A stretch of 64,000 nucleotides of DNA, from positions 9,920,001-9,984,000 of the forward strand of contig OZ059899.1 of assembly GCA_964057225.1 (NCBI GenBank), read 5' to 3'. The stretch is from Auanema rhodensis. Taxonomy: Eukaryota; Animalia; Nematoda. This document shows positions 39,950-54,800 of this stretch, piece by piece (the stretch's first letter is position 1; every line of letters starts with the position of its first letter). The notes under the pieces are model-generated. The model saw only the letters and a program-made list of their open reading frames with translations. It was not told the DNA's origin and ran no database searches. The position numbers and the translations under genes were made by a program.

Positions 39950-42819
39950 GATTTTTCTACGATTACATAAAACTCTCGTTTGATATACAAAAAGGAGAGG
40001 AATAACGTTTCCAGGAAATCAATGATATCGAATCTAGTGATATTGTAGAAAAATGTAATGTCAGCTCCATAGTTTTTCTCTTAATTTCTCTCATCACAAT
40101 AGTCTTAGTTTTTTTTCATAAGAGTTTCTGAAATCTTAGTTGAACAAGGCAGTATATATTTTTTTCTGGAATTCGAAAGCATTTGGGATGGAAATTAGAA
40201 AGAAAAGAACTAGTTTTTCCTACTTTAAAACAAACAATAAGAAATAAAATGAAAAAGATTGTTAGATATCCAATTTAAACTTATACATTTACTTCGATAA
40301 AGAGCCTATTAGTTTGAAATTTTATGTCTTACAGTTCTCCAACAGAACAGACTGATCCTGATTTTTCTACGATTACATAAAACTCTCGTTTGATATACAA
40401 AAAGGAGAGGAATAACGTTTCCAGGATATCAATGATATCGAATCTAGTGATATTGTAGAAAAATGTAATGTCAGCTCCATAGTTTTTCTCTTAATTTCTC
40501 TCATCACAATAGTCTTAGTTTTTTTTCATAAGAGTTTCTGAAATCTTAGTTGAACAAGGCAGTATATATTTTTTTCTGGAATTCGAAAGCATTTGGGATG
40601 AAAATTAGAAAGAAAAGAACTAGTTTTTCCTACTTTAAAACAAACAATAAGAAATAAAATGAAAAAGATTGTTAGATATCCAATTTAAACTTATACATTT
40701 ACTTCGATAAAGAGCCTATTAGTTTGAAATTTTATGTCTTACAGTTCTCCAACAGAACAGACTGATCCTGATTTTTCTACGATTACATAAAACTCTCGTT
40801 TGATATACAAAAAGGAGAGGAATAACGTTTCCAGGATATCAATGATATCGAATCTAGTGATATTGTAGAAAAATGTAATGTCAGCTCCATAGTTTTTCTC
40901 TTAATTTCTCTCATCACAATAGTCTTAGTTTTTTTCCATAAGAGTTTCTGAAATCTTAGTTGAACAAGGCAGTATATATTTTTTTCTGGAATTCGAAAGC
41001 ATTTGGGATGAAAATTAGAAAGAAAAGAACTAGTTTTTCCTACTTTAAAACAAACAATAAGAAATAAAATGAAAAAGATTGTTAGATATCCAATTTAAAC
41101 TTATACATTTACTTCGATAAAGAGCCTATTAGTTTGAAATTTTATGTCTTACAGTTCTCCAACAGAACAGACTGATCCTGATTTTTCTACGATTACATAA
41201 AACTCTCGTTTGATATACAAAAAGGAGAGGAATAACGTTTCCAGGATATCAATGATATCGAATCTAGTGATATTGTAGAAAAATGTAATGTCAGCTCCAT
41301 AGTTTTTCTCTTAATTTCTCTCATCACAATAGTCTTAGTTTTTTTCCATAAGAGTTTCTGAAATCTTAGTTGAACAAGGCAGTATATATTTTTTTCTGGA
41401 ATTCGAAAGCATTTGGGATGAAAATTAGAAAGAAAAGAACTAGTTTTTCCTACTTTAAAACAAACAATAAGAAATAAAATGAAAAAGATTGTTAGATATC
41501 CAATTTAAACTTATACATTTACTTCGATAAAGAGCCTATTAGTTTGAAATTTTATGTCTTACAGTTCTCCAACAGAACAGACTGATCCTGATTTTTCTAC
41601 GATTACATAAAACTCTCGTTTGATATACAAAAAGGAGAGGAATAACGTTTCCAGGATATCAATGATATCGAATCTAGTGATATTGTAGAAAAATGTAATG
41701 TCAGCTCCATAGTTTTTCTCTTAATTTCTCTCATCACAATAGTCTTAGTTTTTTTCCATAAGAGTTTCTGAAATCTTAGTTGAACAAGGCAGTATATATT
41801 TTTTTCTGGAATTCGAAAGCATTTGGGATGAAAATTAGAAAGAAAAGAACTAGTTTTTCCTACTTTAAAACAAACAATAAGAAATAAAATGAAAAAGATT
41901 GTTAGATATCCAATTTAAACTTATACATTTACTTCGATAAAGAGCCTATTAGTTTGAAATTTTATGTCTTACAGTTCTCCAACAGAACAGACTGATCCTG
42001 ATTTCTCTATGATTACATAAAACTCTCGTTTGATATACAAAAAGGAGAGGAATAACGTTTCCAGGATATCAATGATATCGAATCTAGTGATATTGTAGAA
42101 AAATGTAATGTCAGCTCCATAGTTTTTCTCTTAATTTCTCTCATCACAATAGTCTTAGTTTTTTTCCATAAGAGTTTCTGAAATCTTAGTTGAACAAGGC
42201 AGTATATATTTTTTTCTGGAATTCGAAAGCATTTGGGATGAAAATTAGAAAGAAAAGAACTAGTTTTTCCTACTTTAAAACAAACAATAAGAAATAAAAT
42301 GAAAAAGATTGTTAGATATCCAATTTAAACTTATACATTTACTTCGATAAAGAGCCTATTAGTTTGAAATTTTATGTCTTACAGTTCTCCAACAGAACAG
42401 ACTGATCCTGATTTTTCTACGATTACATAAAACTCTCGTTTGATATACAAAAAGGAGAGGAATAACGTTTCCAGGATATCAATGATATCGAATCTAGTGA
42501 TATTGTAGAAAAATGTAATGTCAGCTCCATAGTTTTTCTCTTAATTTCTCTCATCACAATAGTCTTAGTTTTTTTCCATAAGAGTTTCTGAAATCTTAGT
42601 TGAACAAGGCAGTATATATTTTTTTCTGGAATTCGAAAGCATTTGGGATGAAAATTAGAAAGAAAAGAACTAGTTTTTCCTACTTTAAAACAAACAATAA
42701 GAAATAAAATGAAAAAGATTGTTAGATATCCAATTTAAACTTATACATTTACTTCGATAAAGAGCCTATTAGTTTGAAATTTTATGTCTTACAGTTCTCC
42801 AACAGAACAGACTGATCCT
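39950..42819 (+). repeat. Run of seven consecutive L monomers (410 bp)
   Basis: L starts at 39950, 40360, 40770, 41180, 41590, 42000 and 42410. Confidence 0.9.
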
Positions 42820-45800
42820 GATTTCTCTATGATTACATAAAACTCTCGTTTGATATAAAAGCATATTGGATAGAAATTTCGAAAGCATTTTGGATGGAAA
42901 TTAGAACGAAAAGAACTAGTTTTTTCTATTTTAAAACAAACAATAATAAACAAAATGAAAAGATTGTTAGATATCCAATTTTAACTTATACATTTACTTC
43001 GATGAAGAGCCTATTAGATTGAATTTTTATGTCTTACAGTTCTCCAACAGATTAGACTGATCCTGATTTTTCTACGATTACATAAAACTCTCGTTTGATA
43101 TACAAAAAGGAGAGGAATAACGTTTCCAGGAAATCAATGATATCGAATCTAGTGATATTGTAGAAAAATGTAATGTCAGCTCCATAGTTTTTCTCTTAAT
43201 TTCTCTCATCACAATAGTCTTAGTTTTTTTTCATAAGAGTTTCTGAAATCTTAGTTGAACAAGGCAGTATATATTTTTTTCTGGAATTCGAAAGCATTTG
43301 GGATGGAAATTAGAAAAAAAAGAACTAGTTTTTCCTACTTTAAAACAAACAATAAGAAATAAAATGAAAAAGATTGTTAGATATCCAATTTAAACTTATA
43401 CATTTACTTCGATAAAGAGCCTATTAGTTTGAAATTTTATGTCTTACAGTTCTCCAACAGAACAGACTGATCCTGATTTTTCTACGATTACATAAAACTC
43501 TCGTTTGATATACAAAAAGGAGAGGAATAACGTTTCCAGGATATCAATGATATCGAATCTAGTGATATTGTAGAAAAATGTAATGTCAGCTCCATAGTTT
43601 TTCTCTTAATTTCTCTCATCACAATAGTCTTAGTTTTTTTTCATAAGAGTTTCTGAAATCTTAGTTGAACAAGGCAGTATATATTTTTTTCTGGAATTCG
43701 AAAGCATTTGGGATGAAAATTAGAAAGAAAAGAACTAGTTTTTCCTACTTTAAAACAAACAATAAGAAATAAAATGAAAAAGATTGTTAGATATCCAATT
43801 TAAACTTATACATTTACTTCGATAAAGAGCCTATTAGTTTGAAATTTTATGTCTTACAGTTCTCCAACAGAACAGACTGATCCTGATTTCTCTATGATTA
43901 CATAAAACTCTCGTTTGATATAAAAGCATATTGGATAGAAATTTCGAAAGCATTTTGGATGGAAATTAGAAAGAAAAGAACTAGTTTTTCCTACTTTAAA
44001 ACAAACAATAAGAAATAAAATGAAAAAGATTGTTAGATATCCAATTTAAACTTATACATTTACTTCGATAAAGAGCCTATTACTTTGAAATTTTATGTCT
44101 TACAGTTCTCCAACAGAACAGACTGATCCTGATTTCTCTATGATTACATAAAACTCTCGTTTGATATAAAAGCATATTGGATAGAAATTTCGAAAGCATT
44201 TTGGATGGAAATTAGAACGAAAAGAACTAGTTTTTTCTATTTTAAAACAAACAATAATAAACAAAATGAAAAGATTGTTAGATATCCAATTTTAACTTAT
44301 ACATTTACTTCGATGAAGAGCCTATTAGATTGAATTTTTATGTCTTACAGTTCTCCAACAGAACAGACTGATCCTGATTTTTCTACGATTACATAAAACT
44401 CTCGTTTGATATACAAAAAGGAGAGGAATAACGTTTCCAGGAAATCAATGATATCGAATCTAGTGATATTGTAGAAAAATGTAATGTCAGCTCCATAGTT
44501 TTTCTCTTAATTTCTCTCATCACAATAGTCTTAGTTTTTTTTCATAAGAGTTTCTGAAATCTTAGTTGAACAAGGCAGTATATATTTTTTTCTGGAATTC
44601 GAAAGCATTTGGGATAGAAATTAGAAAGAAAAGAACTAGTTTTTCCTACTTTAAAACAAACAATAAGAAATAAAATGAAAAAGATTGTTAGATATCCAAT
44701 TTAAACTTATACATTTACTTCGATAAAGAGCCTATTAGTTTGAAATTTTATGTCTTACAGTTCTCCAACAGAACAGACTGATCCTGATTTTTCTACGATT
44801 ACATAAAACTCTCGTTTGATATACAAAAAGGAGAGGAATAACGTTTCCAGGATATCAATGATATCGAATCTAGTGATATTGTAGAAAAATGTAATGTCAG
44901 CTCCATAGTTTTTCTCTTAATTTCTCTCATCACAATAGTCTTAGTTTTTTTTCATAAGAGTTTCTGAAATCTTAGTTGAACAAGGCAGTATATATTTTTT
45001 TCTGGAATTCGAAAGCATTTGGGATGGAAATTAGAAAGAAAAGAACTAGTTTTTCCTACTTTAAAACAAACAATAAGAAATAAAATGAAAAAGATTGTTA
45101 GATATCCAATGTAAACTTATACATTTACTTCGATAAAGAGCCTATTAGTTCGAAATTTTATGTCTTACAGTTCTCCAACAGAACAGACTGATCCTGATTG
45201 CTCTATGATTACATAAAACTCTCGTTTGATATAAAAGCATATTGGATAGAAATTTCGAAAGCATTTTGGATGGAAATTAGAACGAAAAGAACTAGTTTTT
45301 CTATTTTAAAACAAACAATAATAAACAAAATGAAAAGATTGTTAGATATCCAATTTAAACTTATACATTTACTTCGATAAAGAGCCTATTAGTTTGAAAT
45401 TTTATGTCTTACAGTTCTCCAACAGAACAGACTGATCCTGATTGCTCTATGATTACATAAAACTCTCGTTTGATATAAAAGCATATTGGATAGAAATTTC
45501 GAAAGCATTTTGGATGGAAATTAGAACGAAAAGAACTAGTTTTTCTATTTTAAAACAAACAATAATAAACAAAATGAAAAGATTGTTAGATATCCAATTT
45601 AAACTTATACAATTACTTCGATAAAGAGCCTATTAGTTTGAAATTTTATGTCTTACAGTTCTCCAACAGAACAGACTGATCCTGATTGCTCTATGATTAC
45701 ATAAAACTCTCGTTTGATATAGAAGCATATTGGATAGAAATTTCGAAAGCATTTTGGATGGAAATTTGAAAGAAAAGAACTAGTTTTTCCTACTTTAAAA

Positions 45801-48800
45801 CAAACAATAAGAAATAAAATGAAAAAGATTGTTAGATATCCAATTTAAACTTATACATTTACTTCGATGAAGAGCCTATTAGATTGAATTTTTATGTCTT
45901 ACAGTTCTCCAACAGAACAGACTGATCCTGATTTCTCTATGATTACATAAAACTCTCGTTTGATATAAAAGCATATTGGATAGAAATTTCGAAAGCATTT
46001 TGGATGGAAATTTGAAAGAAAAGAACTAGTTTTTCCTACTTTAAAACAAACAATAAGAAATAAAATGAAAAAGATTGTTAGATATCCAATTTTAACTTAT
46101 ACATTTACTTCGATGAAGAGCCTATTAGATTGAATTTTTATGTCTTACAGTTCTCCAACAGAACAGACTGATCCTGATTTTTCTACGATTACATAAAACT
46201 CTCGTTTGATATACAAAAAGGAGAGGAATAACGTTTCCAGGATATCAATGATATCGAATCTAGTGATATTGTAGAAAAATGTAATGTCAGCTCCATAGTT
46301 TTTCTCTTAATTTCTCTCATCACAATAGTCTTAGTTTTTTTTCATAAGAGTTTCTGAAATCTTAGTTGAACAAGGCAGTATATATTTTTTTCTGGAATTC
46401 GAAAGCATTTGGGATGGAAATTAGAAAGAAAAGAACTAGTTTTTCCTACTTTAAAACAAACAATAAGAAATAAAATGAAAAAGATTGTTAGATATCCAAT
46501 TTAAACTTATACATTTACTTCGATAAAGAGCCTATTAGTTTGAAATTTTATGTCTTACAGTTCTCCAACAGAACAGACTGATCCTGATTTCTCTATGATT
46601 ACATAAAACTCTCGTTTGATATAAAAGCATATTGGATAGAAATTTCGAAAGCATTTTGGATGGAAATTAGAACGAAAAGAACTAGTTTTTTCTATTTTAA
46701 AACAAACAATAATAAACAAAATGAAAAGATTGTTAGATATCCAATTTTAACTTATACATTTACTTCGATGAAGAGCCTATTAGATTGAATTTTTATGTCT
46801 TACAGTTCTCCAACAGAACAGACTGATCCTGATTTTTCTACGATTACATAAAACTCTCGTTTGATATACAAAAAGGAGAGGAATAACGTTTCCAGGAAAT
46901 CAATGATATCGAATCTAGTGATATTGTAGAAAAATGTAATGTCAGCTCCATAGTTTTTCTCTTAATTTCTCTCATCACAATAGTCTTAGTTTTTTTTCAT
47001 AAGAGTTTCTGAAATCTTAGTTGAACAAGGCAGTATATATTTTTTTCTGGAATTCGAAAGCATTTGGGATGGAAATTAGAAAAAAAAGAACTAGTTTTTC
47101 CTACTTTAAAACAAACAATAAGAAATAAAATGAAAAAGATTGTTAGATATCCAATTTAAACTTATACATTTACTTCGATAAAGAGCCTATTAGTTTGAAA
47201 TTTTATGTCTTACAGTTCTCCAACAGAACAGACTGATCCTGATTTTTCTACGATTACATAAAACTCTCGTTTGATATACAAAAAGGAGAGGAATAACGTT
47301 TCCAGGATATCAATGATATCGAATCTAGTGATATTGTAGAAAAATGTAATGTCAGCTCCATAGTTTTTCTCTTAATTTCTCTCATCACAATAGTCTTAGT
47401 TTTTTTTCATAAGAGTTTCTGAAATCTTAGTTGAACAAGGCAGTATATATTTTTTTCTGGAATTCGAAAGCATTTGGGATGGAAATTAGAAAGAAAAGAA
47501 CTAGTTTTTTCTACTTTAAAACAAACAATAAGAAATAAAATGAAAAAGATTGTTAGATATCCAATGTAAACTTATACATTTACTTCGATAAAGAGCCTAT
47601 TAGTTCGAAATTTTATGTCTTACAGTTCTCCAACAGAACAGACTGATCCTGATTTCTCTATGATTACATAAAACTCTCGTTTGATATAAAAGCATATTGG
47701 ATAGAAATTTCGAAAGCATTTTGGATGGAAATTAGAACGAAAAGAACTAGTTTTTTCTATTTTAAAACAAACAATAATAAACAAAATGAAAAGATTGTTA
47801 GATATCCAATTTTAACTTATACATTTACTTCGATGAAGAGCCTATTAGATTGAATTTTTATGTCTTACAGTTCTCCAACAGAACAGACTTATCCTGATTT
47901 TTCTACGATTACATAAAACTTTCGTTTGATATACAAAAAGGAGAGGAATAACGTTTCCAGGATATCAATGATATCGAATCTAGTGATATTGTAGAAAAAT
48001 GTAATGTCAGCTCCATAGTTTTTCTCTTAATTTCTCTCATCACAATAGTCTTAGTTTTTTTTCATAAGAGTTTCTGAAATCTTAGTTGAACAAGGCAGTA
48101 TATATTTTTTTCTGGAATTCGAAAGCATTTGGGATGGAAATTAGAAAGAAAAGAACTAGTTTTTCCTACTTTAAAACAAACAATAAGAAATAAAATGAAA
48201 AAGATTGTTAGATATCCAATTTAAACTTATACATTTATTTCGATAAAGAGCCTATTAGTTTGAAATTTTATGTCTTACAGTTCTCCAACAGAACAGACTG
48301 ATCCTGATTTTTCTACGATTACATAAAACTCTCGTTTGATATAAAAGCATATTGGATAGAAATTTCGAAAGCATTTTGGATGGAAATTAGAACGAAAAGA
48401 ACTAGTTTTTTCTATTTTAGAACAAACAATAATAAACAAAATGAAAAGATTGTTAGATATCCAATTTAAACTTATACATTTACTTCGATAAAGAGCCTAT
48501 TAGTTTGAAATTTTATGTCTTACAGTTCTCCAACAGAACAGACTGATCCTGATTGCTCTATGATTACATAAAACTCTCGTTTGATATAAAAGCATATTGG
48601 ATAGAAATTTCGAAAGCATTTTGGATGGAAATTAGAACGAAAAGAACTAGTTTTTCTATTTTAAAACAAACAATAATAAACAAAATGAAAAGATTGTTAG
48701 ATATCCAATTTAAACTTATACATTTACTTCGATAAAGAGCCTATTAGTTTGAAATTTTATGTCTTACAGTTCTCCAACAGAACAGACTGATCCTGATTGC

Positions 48801-51800
48801 TCTATGATTACATAAAACTCTCGTTTGATATAAAAGCATATTGGATAGAAATTTCGAAAGCATTTTGGATGGAAATTAGAACGAAAAGAACTAGTTTTTC
48901 TATTTTAAAACAAACAATAATAAACAAAATGAAAAGATTGTTAGATATCCAATTTAAACTTATACAATTACTTCGATAAAGAGCCTATTAGTTTGAAATT
49001 TTATGTCTTACAGTTCTCCAACAGAACAGACTGATCCTGATTGCTCTATGATTACATAAAACTTTCGTTTGATATAGAAGCATATTGGATAGAAATTTCG
49101 AAAGCATTTTGGATGGAAATTTGAAAGAAAAGAACTAGTTTTTCCTACTTTAAAACAAACAATAAGAAATAAAATGAAAAAGATTGTTAGATATCCAATT
49201 TAAACTTATACATTTACTTCGATGAAGAGCCTATTAGATTGAATTTTTATGTCTTACAGTTCTCCAACAGAACAGACTGATCCTGATTTCTCTATGATTA
49301 CATAAAACTCTCGTTTGATATAAAAGCATATTGGATAGAAATTTCGAAAGCATTTTGGATGGAAATTTGAAAGAAAAGAACTAGTTTTTCCTACTTTAAA
49401 ACAAACAATAAGAAATAAAATGAAAAAGATTGTTAGATATCCAATTTTAACTTATACATTTACTTCGATGAAGAGCCTATTAGATTGAATTTTTATGTCT
49501 TACAGTTCTCCAACAGAACAGACTGATCCTGATTTTTCTACGATTACATAAAACTCTCGTTTGATATACAAAAAGGAGAGGAATAACGTTTCCAGGATAT
49601 CAATGATATCGAATCTAGTGATATTGTAGAAAAATGTAATGTCAGCTCCATAGTTTTTCTCTTAATTTCTCTCATCACAATAGTCTTAGTTTTTTTTCAT
49701 AAGAGTTTCTGAAATCTTAGTTGAACAAGGCAGTATATATTTTTTTCTGGAATTCGAAAGCATTTGGGATGGAAATTAGAAAGAAAAGAACTAGTTTTTC
49801 CTACTTTAAAACAAACAATAAGAAATAAAATGAAAAAGATTGTTAGATATCCAATTTAAACTTATACATTTACTTCGATAAAGAGCCTATTAGTTTGAAA
49901 TTTTATGTCTTACAGTTCTCCAACAGAACAGACTGATCCTGATTTCTCTATGATTACATAAAACTCTCGTTTGATATAAAAGCATATTGGATAGAAATTT
50001 CGAAAGCATTTTGGATGGAAATTAGAACGAAAAGAACTAGTTTTTTCTATTTTAAAACAAACAATAATAAACAAAATGAAAAGATTGTTAGATATCCAAT
50101 TTTAACTTATACATTTACTTCGATGAAGAGCCTATTAGATTGAAATTTTATGTCTTACAGTTCTCCAACAGAACAGACTGATCCTGATTTTTCTACGATT
50201 ACATAAAACTCTCGTTTGATATACAAAAAGGAGAGGAATAACGTTTCCAGGATATCAATGATATCGAATCTAGTGATATTGTAGAAAAATGTAATGTCAG
50301 CTCCATAGTTTTTCTCTTAATTTCTCTCATCACAATAGTCTTAGTTTTTTTTCATAAGAGTTTCTGAAATCTTAGTTGAACAAGGCAGTATATATTTTTT
50401 TCTGGAATTCGAAAGCATTTGGGATGAAAATTAGAAAGAAAAGAACTAGTTTTTCCTACTTTAAAACAAACAATAAGAAATAAAATGAAAAAGATTGTTA
50501 GATATCCAATTTAAACTTATACATTTACTTCGATAAAGAGCCTATTAGTTTGAAATTTTATGTTTTACAGTTCTCCAACAGAACAGACTGATCCTGATTT
50601 CTCTATGATTACATAAAACTCTCGTTTGATATAAAAGCATATTGGATAGAAATTTCGAAAGCATTTTGGATGGAAATTAGAACGAAAAGAACTAGTTTTT
50701 TCTATTTTAAAACAAACAATAATAAACAAAATGAAAAGATTGTTAGATATCCAATTTTAACTTATACATTTACTTCGATGAAGAGCCTATTAGATTGAAT
50801 TTTTATGTCTTACAGTTCTCCAACAGAACAGACTGATCCTGATTTTTCTACGATTACATAAAACTCTCGTTTGATATACAAAAAGGAGAGGAATAACGTT
50901 TCCAGGATATCAATGATATCGAATCTAGTGATATTGTAGAAAAATGTAATGTCAGCTCCATAGTTTTTCTCTTAATTTCTCTCATCACAATAGTCTTAGT
51001 TTTTTTTCATAAGAGTTTCTGAAATCTTAGTTGAACAAGGCAGTATATATTTTTTTCTGGAATTCGAAAGCATTTGGGATGAAAATTAGAAAGAAAAGAA
51101 CTAGTTTTTCCTACTTTAAAACAAACAATAAGAAATAAAATGAAAAAGATTGTTAGATATCCAATTTAAACTTATACATTTACTTCGATAAAGAGCCTAT
51201 TAGTTTGAAATTTTATGTCTTACAGTTCTCCAACAGAACAGACTGATCCTGATTTCTCTATGATTACATAAAACTCTCGTTTGATATAAAAGCATATTGG
51301 ATAGAAATTTCGAAAGCATTTTGGATGGAAATTAGAACGAAAAGAACTAGTTTTTTCTATTTTAAAACAAACAATAATAAACAAAATTAAAAGAATGTTA
51401 GATATCCAATTTAAACTTATACATTTACTTCGATAAAGAGCCTATTAGTTTGAAATTTTATGTCTTACAGTTCTCCAACAGAACAGACTGATCCTGATTG
51501 CTCTATGATTACATAAAACTCTCGTTTGATATAAAAGCATATTGGATAGAAATTTCGAAAGCATTTTGGATGGAAATTAGAACGAAAAGAACTAGTTTTT
51601 CTATTTTAAAACAAACAATAATAAACAAAATGAAAAGATTGTTAGATATCCAATTTAAACTTATACATTTACTTCGATAAAGAGCCTATTAGTTTGAAAT
51701 TTTATGTCTTACAGTTCTCCAACAGAACAGACTGATCCTGATTGCTCTATGATTACATAAAACTCTCGTTTGATATAAAAGCATATTGGATAGAAATTTC

Positions 51801-54800
51801 GAAAGCATTTTGGATGGAAATTAGAACGAAAAGAACTAGTTTTTCTATTTTAAAACAAACAATAATAAACAAAATGAAAAGATTGTTAGATATCCAATTT
51901 AAACTTATACATTTACTTCGATAAAGAGCCTATTAGTTTGAAATTTTATGTCTTACAGTTCTCCAACAGAACAGACTGATCCTGATTGCTCTATGATTAC
52001 ATAAAACTCTCGTTTGATATAGAAGCATATTGGATAGAAATTTCGAAAGCATTTTGGATGGAAATTTGAAAGAAAAGAACTAGTTTTTCCTACTTTAAAA
52101 CAAACAATAAGAAATAAAATGAAAAAGATTGTTAGATATCCAATTTAAACTTATACATTTACTTCGATGAAGAGCCTATTAGATTGAATTTTTATGTCTT
52201 ACAGTTCTCCAACAGAACAGACTGATCCTGATTTCTCTATGATTACATAAAACTCTCGTTTGATATAAAAGCATATTGGATAGAAATTTCGAAAGCATTT
52301 TGGATGGAAATTTGAAAGAAAAGAACTAGTTTTTCCTACTTTAAAACAAACAATAAGAAATAAAATGAAAAAGATTGTTAGATATCCAATTTTAACTTAT
52401 ACATTTACTTCGATGAAGAGCCTATTAGATTGAATTTTTATGTCTTACAGTTCTCCAACAGAACAGACTGATCCTGATTTTTCTACGATTACATAAAACT
52501 CTCGTTTGATATACAAAAAGGAGAGGAATAACGTTTCCAGGATATCAATGATATCGAATCTAGTGATATTGTAGAAAAATGTAATGTCAGCTCCATAGTT
52601 TTTCTCTTAATTTCTCTCATCACAATAGTCTTAGTTTTTTTTCATAAGAGTTTCTGAAATCTTAGTTGAACAAGGCAGTATATATTTTTTTCTGGAATTC
52701 GAAAGCATTTGGGATGGAAATTAGAAAGAAAAGAACTAGTTTTTCCTACTTTAAAACAAACAATAAGAAATAAAATGAAAAAGATTGTTAGATATCCAAT
52801 TTAAACTTATACATTTACTTCGATAAAGAGCCTATTAGTTTGAAATTTTATGTCTTACAGTTCTCCAACAGAACAGACTGATCCTGATTGCTCTATGATT
52901 ACATAAAACTCTCGTTTGATATAAAAGCATATTGGATAGAAATTTCGAAAGCATTTTGGATGGAAATTAGAACGAAAAGAACTAGTTTTTTCTATTTTAA
53001 AACAAACAATAATAAACAAAATGAAAAGATTGTTAGATATCCAATTTTAACTTATACATTTACTTCGATGAAGAGCCTATTAGATTGAAATTTTATGTCT
53101 TACAGTTCTCCAACAGAACAGACTGATCCTGATTTTTCTACGATTACATAAAACTCTCGTTTGATATACAAAAAGGAGAGGAATAACGTTTCCAGGATAT
53201 CAATGATATCGAATCTAGTGATATTGTAGAAAAATGTAATGTCAGCTCCATAGTTTTTCTCTTAATTTCTCTCATCACAATAGTCTTAGTTTTTTTTCAT
53301 AAGAGTTTCTGAAATCTTAGTTGAACAAGGCAGTATATATTTTTTTCTGGAATTCGAAAGCATTCGGGATGGAAATTAGAAAGAAAAGAACTAGTTTTTC
53401 CTACTTTAAAACAAACAATAAGAAATAAAATGAAAAAGATTGTTAGATATCCAATTTAAACTTATACATTTACTTCGATAAAGAGCCTATTAGTTTGAAA
53501 TTTTATGTCTTACAGTTCTCCAACAGAACAGACTGATCCTGATTGCTCTATGATTACATAAAACTCTCGTTTGATATAAAAGCATATTGGATAGAAATTT
53601 CGAAAGCATTTTGGATGGAAATTAGAACGAAAAGAACTAGTTTTTTCTATTTTAAAACAAACAATAATAAACAAAATGAAAAGATTGTTAGATATCCAAT
53701 TTTAACTTATACATTTACTTCGATGAAGAGCCTATTAGATTGAAATTTTATGTCTTACAGTTCTCCAACAGAACAGACTGATCCTGATTTTTCTACGATT
53801 ACATAAAACTCTCGTTTGATATACAAAAAGGAGAGGAATAACGTTTCCAGGATATCAATGATATCGAATCTAGTGATATTGTAGAAAAATGTAATGTCAG
53901 CTCCATAGTTTTTCTCTTAATTTCTCTCATCACAATAGTCTTAGTTTTTTTTCATAAGAGTTTCTGAAATCTTAGTTGAACAAGGCAGTATATATTTTTT
54001 TCTGGAATTCGAAAGCATTTGGGATGAAAATTAGAAAGAAAAGAACTAGTTTTTCCTACTTTAAAACAAACAATAAGAAATAAAATGAAAAAGATTGTTA
54101 GATATCCAATTTAAACTTATACATTTACTTCGATAAAGAGCCTATTAGTTTGAAATTTTATGTCTTACAGTTCTCCAACAGAACAGACTGATCCTGATTT
54201 CTCTATGATTACATAAAACTCTCGTTTGATATAAAAGCATATTGGATAGAAATTTCGAAAGCATTTTGGATGGAAATTAGAAAGAAAAGAACTAGTTTTT
54301 CCTACTTTAAAACAAACAATAAGAAATAAAATGAAAAAGATTGTTAGATATCCAATTTAAACTTATACATTTACTTCGATAAAGAGCCTATTAGTTTGAA
54401 ATTTTATGTCTTACAGTTCTCCAACAGAACAGACTGATCCTGATTTCTCTATGATTACATAAAACTCTCGTTTGATATAAAAGCATATTGGATAGAAATT
54501 TCGAAAGCATTTTGGATGGAAATTAGAAAGAAAAGAACTAGTTTTTCCTACTTTAAAACAAACAATAAGAAATAAAATGAAAAAGATTGTTAGATATCCA
54601 ATTTAAACTTATACATTTACTTCGATAAAGAGCCTATTAGATTGAATTTTTATGTCTTACAGTTCTCCAACAGAACAGACTGATCCTGATTTTTCTACGA
54701 TTACATAAAACTCTCGTTTGATATACAAAAAGGAGAGGAATAACGTTTCCAGGAAATCAATGATATCGAATCTAGTGATATTGTAGAAAAATGTAATGTC

